IMG/VR virus record: IMGVR_UViG_3300028920_000203
Span: 1 to 30,218 of that record
From: a virus
Taxonomy: Duplodnaviria; Caudoviricetes
DNA length: 30,218 nucleotides
Reading direction: 5' to 3' (one strand)
Under the pieces are notes generated by a model. That model did no database searches, was not told the origin of the DNA, and worked only from the letters and a program-made list of their open reading frames with translations. Shown in pieces: positions 24,563 to 30,218 of this stretch (position 1 is the stretch's first letter; the number at the start of each line of letters is the position of its first letter). The translations under genes were made by a program, and so were the position numbers.

Positions 24563-24684
24563 TCAGCCACCCCCAAGCATAGGACTATTGCGGTGATAAT
24601 CAGCCATTTCTTGCGCGCTTTGTATTTGTGATGGAATTTGTGTTCAAGCAATAAAACAAGGATTGCATATGTGGAAAGATTCAT
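24544..24684 (-). CDS. 46-aa membrane peptide MNLSTYAILVLLLEHKFHHKYKARKKWLIITAIVLCLGVAEWLIIK (not in ORF track)
   Basis: GAGGTG RBS; fills the gap between head genes. Confidence 0.6.
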   Translation of the reverse strand: MNLSTYAILVLLLEHKFHHKYKARKKWLIITAIVLCLGVAEWLIIK

Positions 24685-24696
24685 GTTGTCACCTCA

Positions 24697-25509
24697 CTAT
24701 TCTATAATCGGTACGAGAGTACAACGACAATTTATGACCTCGGCCGCATCGCCCCATGGATCACCAGGAAACTCTAATCCATTAGAGAAAGGCTCGCCGA
24801 CTTTGACTTCTTCACCGTTTATGGCCGCATGCTGGTCTCTTACTCTGTCATCTTGCGCGGTCAACCATTGGTGCGTTTTGACTCCTGCTTGCTTGTAGGT
24901 TTGAACTGAGCCAAAATTCATGGTGCCTGTGGATTCTGTCCTTGCTATCATTTGCGCCCTGTATCCGGCTTCTATGTCCATCTGGGCGGCTATATTAGCA
25001 CCCATTTCCGGGATAGATAAACCATCTTCAAGATTTTGCGCGATAACCTTCTGCAGCTTTTCTTTCGTTGTGCGATTGATGTTTGTTACCTTTTCCGCTC
25101 CCCACGTTTTTATGCCATCTGTTGCCTCGCTCCTGAATAGGTCAAAGTCAATCTGGAATCCGTATGTCTCACTTGATAGCTTGTATCCTGCAATGGCTGT
25201 TGCTGTCCATATAGGCATTAGAGCCTTTTCTAGCGCTTCATCTTCCTCTTCCCAGTCAACAAGCCTGTCTATTTGCGCCTTTATTTCTATCGAGGTATAG
25301 GATACATCCTTGCCACCGAATTTCTTCACGATTCTATTTGTCTGTTCTTTGAAGAATTTGTCCATTACGGCTTTGAACTTCTTTTCCTGCTGTCTTTGCA
25401 CCTGAAAGAACGCGCGCCATGCTGAAAGTTTGCGTTTCTTTACCCATGTTATTGTTACGCTCAATCCGCCTTTTGTGTGTATATTAATGCAAGGAACTAA
25501 CTTTTCCAT
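24697..25509 (-). CDS. minor head protein (SPP1 gp7 / Mu gpF family)
   Basis: RAQMIARTE, WLTAQDDRVRDQH, FPGDP...EVINCRC; exact start uncertain. Confidence 0.92.
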   Translation of the reverse strand: MEKLVPCINIHTKGGLSVTITWVKKRKLSAWRAFFQVQRQQEKKFKAVMDKFFKEQTNRIVKKFGGKDVSYTSIEIKAQIDRLVDWEEEDEALEKALMPIWTATAIAGYKLSSETYGFQIDFDLFRSEATDGIKTWGAEKVTNINRTTKEKLQKVIAQNLEDGLSIPEMGANIAAQMDIEAGYRAQMIARTESTGTMNFGSVQTYKQAGVKTHQWLTAQDDRVRDQHAAINGEEVKVGEPFSNGLEFPGDPWGDAAEVINCRCTLVPIIE

Positions 25510-25513
25510 TTAA

Positions 25514-25846
25514 TCACCTACTATACTCTACGTTTTTCCAATCTATTTTATCATATTCAAGTTTTTCGTTTATTTTATTAAATTCAACATCTATAGTTTG
25601 GTCTGAAAATACACCTTTTATTTCTGGTATTGCTTCTGAGAATTTATCAAATATTGCTATGTTCAATGCGCTATCAGAGATATATATTATTGTTTTCCCA
25701 TCTCTTTCATTCCACCAACATTCATCATCTATTTCTTGCATCGTCCTTGCAAATATTTGTATTGTTCCTGATATAACTCTGCATATATCTACTCTTGCAT
25801 GACCGTCAATTATTATCCCATTCTTGTATAACTTTACCTCTATCAT
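25514..25846 (-). CDS. Prp-like (ribosomal-processing) cysteine protease homologue
   Basis: MIEVKL...IDGHA..DICRVIS resembles the Prp GHA...DIVCAAVS His/Cys motif; 110-aa size fits. Confidence 0.55.
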   Translation of the reverse strand: MIEVKLYKNGIIIDGHARVDICRVISGTIQIFARTMQEIDDECWWNERDGKTIIYISDSALNIAIFDKFSEAIPEIKGVFSDQTIDVEFNKINEKLEYDKIDWKNVEYSR

Positions 25847-27091
25847 TTATTCTCCTTCTCCATCTTCGGTTTCTTCTTCATTTTCAATCCCCGTTTCGCC
25901 TATCGGTATCATTGCCATCGGTACAAGCACCACGTCGCCCTCTTTGCCGATTGTTTCATATCCGGTCGCAATCCTTTTCTCATTGATTGTCAAGAAGGCT
26001 GAATAATTCATTCTCTTGAATAGGTCTGCCCTGTCCTCTTGAAGCGCATCTATTCTGTCTTTATCAATCATAAGTTTCATGTCATTGAAGGAAGCGGACA
26101 AGAAGTTATTGAGCTCACCGCATATCATCTTTGCAAGTGGAAGTACTGTTTCCATGTAGAAGGCTTTGCGTGCCTCTTTGTAGTTGCTGTATGTCTTGTT
26201 CACTGAGTCGCCTATGAGTTCAGGTGGTACGCCAAGCCCTATTGCTATTTCCTTTGCGCTCATTTTCGTGCCTTCTAACCACTCCATATCCTTCGGACTC
26301 ATACCCATTTGTATCCATTCGAGGTCACCTTCAAGTATCATAGGTTTGCCTGCGCTCATAGGATTGCCATATTTTTTTTGTACTTGTGTTTGCAATATAT
26401 CTCTTTGCTCTTCTGTCAGCCTTTGTTCTGTTTTGAGTGCTCCAGATGGGTTTGCGCTGTTTTGAAGCAGGCTCAGATTCCATGTCTTGCCTGTGTTGTT
26501 TTGGTCTACGCTGTGACCGACTGCTGTTAATGGACTTATACCAAGCCCTAAACCAAGATGCCTATCTAGCGGATCGAATGTATGGATATGAAGCATGTTT
26601 TGTGGTTCAATCATTCTGTTTGATGATTGTGTATACATATAGCAATAACCCTGAATAGGGTTTTTGGGATCGTTCGTATATTTCTTTTCTATGGTGTCAG
26701 GCTTGTGGAGCCACAGTTCCCTTGGCTTTCCTGCTACAGTAACCTTCTCGATATAGACGTTACCACTCAGAAAGTAATAAGAAACAAGAGATTCAATGAA
26801 CTTCTCACCTGATGTGTATTCATTCGGTCTTGACATTAACCGGAGATATGGAGAGTTTTTAACTTCTTCCACCCCGTCACGAGTTTCGACTTGGGTTACA
26901 TACGGAAGTCCTGCAACTGATGACGCAACCTTTTCTATGCACGTCTTAGCGTACACATTGAGCATATACGCCTGTTTTGCAGCAACGTTGTAGTTTGTCA
27001 TGTCGTTGCTTGTGGCTTCGTGTCCAAACCATGTGAGTATAGTTTTCATCAACACGCTTTCTTTCTTGCTCAGTTTGCTGAATATGCTCAT
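25847..27091 (-). CDS. portal protein, HK97 family
   Basis: RPNEYTS, GNVYI, GISPL, PSGAL, ILEGDLEW, GVPPELIG, TYSNY, LTINEKR. Confidence 0.96.
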   Translation of the reverse strand: MSIFSKLSKKESVLMKTILTWFGHEATSNDMTNYNVAAKQAYMLNVYAKTCIEKVASSVAGLPYVTQVETRDGVEEVKNSPYLRLMSRPNEYTSGEKFIESLVSYYFLSGNVYIEKVTVAGKPRELWLHKPDTIEKKYTNDPKNPIQGYCYMYTQSSNRMIEPQNMLHIHTFDPLDRHLGLGLGISPLTAVGHSVDQNNTGKTWNLSLLQNSANPSGALKTEQRLTEEQRDILQTQVQKKYGNPMSAGKPMILEGDLEWIQMGMSPKDMEWLEGTKMSAKEIAIGLGVPPELIGDSVNKTYSNYKEARKAFYMETVLPLAKMICGELNNFLSASFNDMKLMIDKDRIDALQEDRADLFKRMNYSAFLTINEKRIATGYETIGKEGDVVLVPMAMIPIGETGIENEEETEDGEGE

Positions 27092-27285
27092 GCTTTCACC
27101 TCTTTATTTTCAGTTTTCAAAAGTGCGTTTATCTTAGTTGTCTCATGTGGTCTTGGCGGTCTCTTTGTTATTTGTTTTGCGCCTGGACGCCTTGGTCTAC
27201 CTCTATCATTTCCGCCAAGCATACCGAATATAATCGAATACGGCAATAACAATAAGCTTATTATAAATAGTTCTTTAAGTTCCAT
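27088..27285 (-). CDS. 65-aa membrane protein with basic Pro/Arg tail
   Basis: AGGAGG RBS, N-terminal TM segment, ATGA overlap with the portal gene. Confidence 0.7.
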   Translation of the reverse strand: MELKELFIISLLLLPYSIIFGMLGGNDRGRPRRPGAKQITKRPPRPHETTKINALLKTENKEVKA

Positions 27286-27295
27286 ATTAGCCCTC

Positions 27296-28483
27296 CTACA
27301 TGATATATATGTTTGGTGCTACCCTCTTGAATTGACTTTCTACAGCGTAACGTGTTGCGGCCATCAGGTCGTCTTTGATGTTTACCGGTTCGTCTGTCAC
27401 GCCGTCTTTCGTTTCTTTATACTTCCACCCCTGAATTTCATTTAGGAAGTTTATACAATGCGTTGCTATGTGAATTTTGTTTCTTCTCAAATAATCAATG
27501 CCATCCTTGACTGATCCTTTTCCCTTCTCTGCCGGGCGAATGTAGAATCCTGCTTGTTGAAATTCCTTGATTCTGTCAGGCTCTGCCGAATCGGCTGTCA
27601 CGTTATAGCTGGTGCCGAACTTCTCCTTAACCATAGCAATTAATTCTGTATTTGTCAATTTCGTTTCATATAGTTCATCAAGTATATAAAGATCGCCGTC
27701 TTTCATGCCTATCTTGACAAAAGCACTCGGATGATTGAAGCCAAAGTCAAGGCCGCAAATAATCACGTCATATCTGTTATTTTCAAGCGGTATATCCTCA
27801 ACAACATAGTTTGTAAGAATGAGATTGCCAAGCACGCCCCAATTACCAAGAGCATATATGTTGTAGAACACTTCATCTTCATATTTTAAGTTTTCGATTA
27901 CTTGCTTGTATTGTTCGTCCAGGAAGGAATTATCTTTGTAGGTAGTTTTAAGGATAGTTGCGCTCTCGTGTTTAACGTCAAAAAAATACTTCTTAATCCA
28001 TGATAGTGCGCTTATAGGGTTGAATGTCATTGTTATCTGCTTCTGTGAATCCCCGCCCCTTAGTCTAAGGTCAAGTTGCTTGAAGTCCTCTTGTGAAATT
28101 TCCGATGCTTCCTCTACCCATATCTTGTTTACCCCGGCAATTGATTTCAACTTTTCAACATCATCAAGGCCTGTACTGATTATCCGGTTGCCGTTGATTT
28201 TGCATGTGAAACTCATTTCAGTTTTATTGACATCAAAAAACGCAGAAAGCCCATACTCTGAAATCATTGATTGCAGTTGGGCGTAACATGAGTGTCTGAT
28301 TGTCTTTCCGACTTTCCTACATATGAGATAATTGTTGCCTTTATTCGCTAATACATCCAATAATACCTTTTGCGCTTGAAAGTGGCTCTTTCCGCTACCT
28401 GCGCCTCCATAGAGCACTATATATCTTGAATCCTCTTTCAGCAAAGGAATATATACCTTGTTCATCTTTAAATTCAGATCCAT
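27296..28483 (-). CDS. terL: terminase large subunit, PBSX family
   Basis: YGGAGSGKS, IWVEEASE, TFNP, GLDFGF, ADSAEP, DDLMAATRYA. Confidence 0.96.
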   Translation of the reverse strand: MDLNLKMNKVYIPLLKEDSRYIVLYGGAGSGKSHFQAQKVLLDVLANKGNNYLICRKVGKTIRHSCYAQLQSMISEYGLSAFFDVNKTEMSFTCKINGNRIISTGLDDVEKLKSIAGVNKIWVEEASEISQEDFKQLDLRLRGGDSQKQITMTFNPISALSWIKKYFFDVKHESATILKTTYKDNSFLDEQYKQVIENLKYEDEVFYNIYALGNWGVLGNLILTNYVVEDIPLENNRYDVIICGLDFGFNHPSAFVKIGMKDGDLYILDELYETKLTNTELIAMVKEKFGTSYNVTADSAEPDRIKEFQQAGFYIRPAEKGKGSVKDGIDYLRRNKIHIATHCINFLNEIQGWKYKETKDGVTDEPVNIKDDLMAATRYAVESQFKRVAPNIYIM

Positions 28484-28831
28484 TTAAACACCTTCGATTT
28501 TGATGTTGACACTTGTTTCTCCTGAGTGTTCAAGCTCTTGTTTAAGGCTAAATTCATTCTTTGCTTTGCGTTCAAGATACCATTTAGATACATCTCTATC
28601 GCCTGATTGCAACGCTTTGTTTATATTTATTCTTGCTCTCATCAGTGGTTTTTTCTTTAATATCTGTTTTCTCTCCATAAACTTCTTGTGTTTTTTGCAA
28701 TAATTATAGAGCGTTGATGTACCAATATCCGCATACAAACACGCTTCTTCATCACTAAAGCCTTGAGAAAAAGCCTCCTCTAATTTATGGAGAACGTCTG
28801 CATTGATTTTGTTAGGTCTACCTCCTGCCAT
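28484..28831 (-). CDS. terS: terminase small subunit
   Basis: GRPNK, HTH (EACLYADIGTSTLYNY), KWYLERK..EF; abuts terL. Confidence 0.85.
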   Translation of the reverse strand: MAGGRPNKINADVLHKLEEAFSQGFSDEEACLYADIGTSTLYNYCKKHKKFMERKQILKKKPLMRARININKALQSGDRDVSKWYLERKAKNEFSLKQELEHSGETSVNIKIEGV

Positions 28832-28833
28832 GA

Positions 28834-29013
28834 CTACCACCTGCCTAATTGGACTCCGTATCCTTGATTGTTTAATATTTTAACTAAGCCTTTCCTTGCT
28901 GCCTTGTGATCTGTAAATGACTGTCCCATTAAAGTCTTAAACTGTTGCCTTGTTAAATATTGCCTGTGTGCCTGTAGAAATTTTCCGAACTCCCTTATCT
29001 CATTGTTATACAC
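28834..29013 (-). CDS. small phage hypothetical protein (59 aa, GTG start)
   Basis: GAGGAGG RBS; LTRQQFKTLMGQ...ARKGL motif. Confidence 0.7.
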   Translation of the reverse strand: MYNNEIREFGKFLQAHRQYLTRQQFKTLMGQSFTDHKAARKGLVKILNNQGYGVQLGRW

Positions 29014-30187
29014 TTTGAGCCTCCTCGTATGTGTACTCCTTACCATCTCTTAATAGTTTAACATCGTCCGATGATTCTTTAAACGCTATATATCTATTTA
29101 CTATTACATCAACATACTTTTCGTCCAGTTCCATCATGTAGCAATTTCTTCCTGTTTGTTCTGCTCCTATTAATGTCGAACCGCTTCCTCCGAATAAATC
29201 GACTACATTTAATTGTGTGGCATGATTACTGAATGCTCTTACGGATAATTCTATTGGTTTTTGTGTCGGGTGCACATAATTTGTATCTTTTTTTACTTCC
29301 CATAAATCGCTCTCATTTTTTATGAAATTATCTACATCCCCATTAAATAAACAAAACTCATGTTGGTGTCTGTACCCGTTACCCATTCCAAATACATTTT
29401 TAGCCCATACTATGCAACTTTTAAACTTTAACTTATTTTGTAATATTCCATAAAATTTCCAGTTACACCACACATAGTATGATTTAGGGTTCAACTCTTT
29501 AATTTTATTTGTAGTGTCTGTTATAAATTTTTCGAATTCATCTTCTTCGAGCGAATCATTTTTTATAACTTTGTATTTTCCGCTTCTCCCATTAAACGAA
29601 ACATTGTAAGGAGGATCAGTAAACACCATATCAGCTTTATTCCCATCCATCAACACGTCTACATCATCGCTCGTACTATCTCCACACATTACCCGGTGCC
29701 TTCCGAGTAGCCATATATCTCCACGCTTACTTATAGGGTTCTCCGGCGGTTCTTCGTCAAATTCATCTTCCACAACTTCGTCCTGCTCAAGTATTCCGTT
29801 CAGCTCTTTTTCGTCAAATCCCAATACATCTATATCAAAGTCAAGTTCTCCTATGCATTCGAGTTCAACGCTTAACATATCCATATCCCACTCGGCTTCT
29901 TCTGATACCCGGTTGTCGGCGATCCTGAAAGCCTTTATTTGCGCCTTAGTTAGGTCGTCAGCTATAACGCATGGCACATCTTCCATTCCGAGCTTGTTTG
30001 CGGCCTTTAATCTTGTATGGCCCGTCACTATAACATTATCTTTATCAATTACAATCGGCACCTTGAATCCAAATTCTTTAATGCTTGCAGCCACTTTGTC
30101 TACTGCAGCATCGTTCTTTCTTGGATTGTTTGCATATGGTATTAAATCACTTGTCTTTTTATTTATTACTTTCATATCGTCCTCCAT
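29006..30187 (-). CDS. ParB/Srx N-terminal domain fused to an N6/N4 DNA methyltransferase (beta class)
   Basis: LIPYANNPR, GHTRLKAA, RIADNR; then DPPYN, HPTQKP, DLFGGSGSTL. Confidence 0.95.
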   Translation of the reverse strand: MEDDMKVINKKTSDLIPYANNPRKNDAAVDKVAASIKEFGFKVPIVIDKDNVIVTGHTRLKAANKLGMEDVPCVIADDLTKAQIKAFRIADNRVSEEAEWDMDMLSVELECIGELDFDIDVLGFDEKELNGILEQDEVVEDEFDEEPPENPISKRGDIWLLGRHRVMCGDSTSDDVDVLMDGNKADMVFTDPPYNVSFNGRSGKYKVIKNDSLEEDEFEKFITDTTNKIKELNPKSYYVWCNWKFYGILQNKLKFKSCIVWAKNVFGMGNGYRHQHEFCLFNGDVDNFIKNESDLWEVKKDTNYVHPTQKPIELSVRAFSNHATQLNVVDLFGGSGSTLIGAEQTGRNCYMMELDEKYVDVIVNRYIAFKESSDDVKLLRDGKEYTYEEAQSV

Positions 30188-30218
30188 TGTCCTTATACTC
30201 TGCTACCCATTAATTAAA

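Noticed and set aside
26535-26562. GLGLG micro-duplication in the portal gene
   Set aside because: In frame and tiny; most likely a neutral loop variation.
477-28703. All plus-strand ORFs in the track, and short alternative-frame minus ORFs inside long genes
   Set aside because: They are shadows of well-supported, RBS-bearing, translationally coupled minus-strand genes and show no recognisable motifs.
29006-30187. ParB domain as evidence of plasmid-like partitioning, or of a restriction-modification system
   Set aside because: ParB-MTase fusions upstream of terminases are common in phages, and no ParA or restriction endonuclease is present in the window.
1-30218. Stop-codon reassignment (prompted by the in-frame TAA at 18-20)
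   Set aside because: TAA, TAG and TGA all terminate full-length conserved genes under the standard code, and no suppressor tRNA was seen.

Overview
This window is about 30 kb of a tailed dsDNA phage, a siphovirus-type genome of a low-GC Gram-positive host (AGGAGG RBSs, consensus sigma-A promoters; probably Clostridia/Bacilli). Every credible gene is on the minus strand. In transcription order (right to left): ParB-DNA methyltransferase, terminase, HK97-type head module, non-contractile tail module, four-gene lysis cassette, then directly an early/regulatory, replication and accessory region ending in RusA and a truncated SbcC-like ATPase. No integrase, divergent repressor, tRNA, CRISPR array or reverse transcriptase is visible. 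The main observations are: (1) a NAGPA-family phosphodiester glycosidase with a PG-binding domain inside the lysis cassette, beside a catalytic-only M15 peptidase; (2) an operator-flanked strong promoter driving a 50-aa orphan gene, followed by HTH genes and a secreted HEXXH protease, where a lysogeny module would normally sit; (3) a Prp-like cysteine protease with no visible phage substrate; (4) a nested multidomain tail-tip protein with a WapA/Rhs-like N-terminus; (5) shared 16-bp RBS/ATGA junction repeats between accessory genes; (6) four 21-bp iteron-like repeats inside the initiator gene. All family assignments come from motif recognition by eye; no database searches were run.
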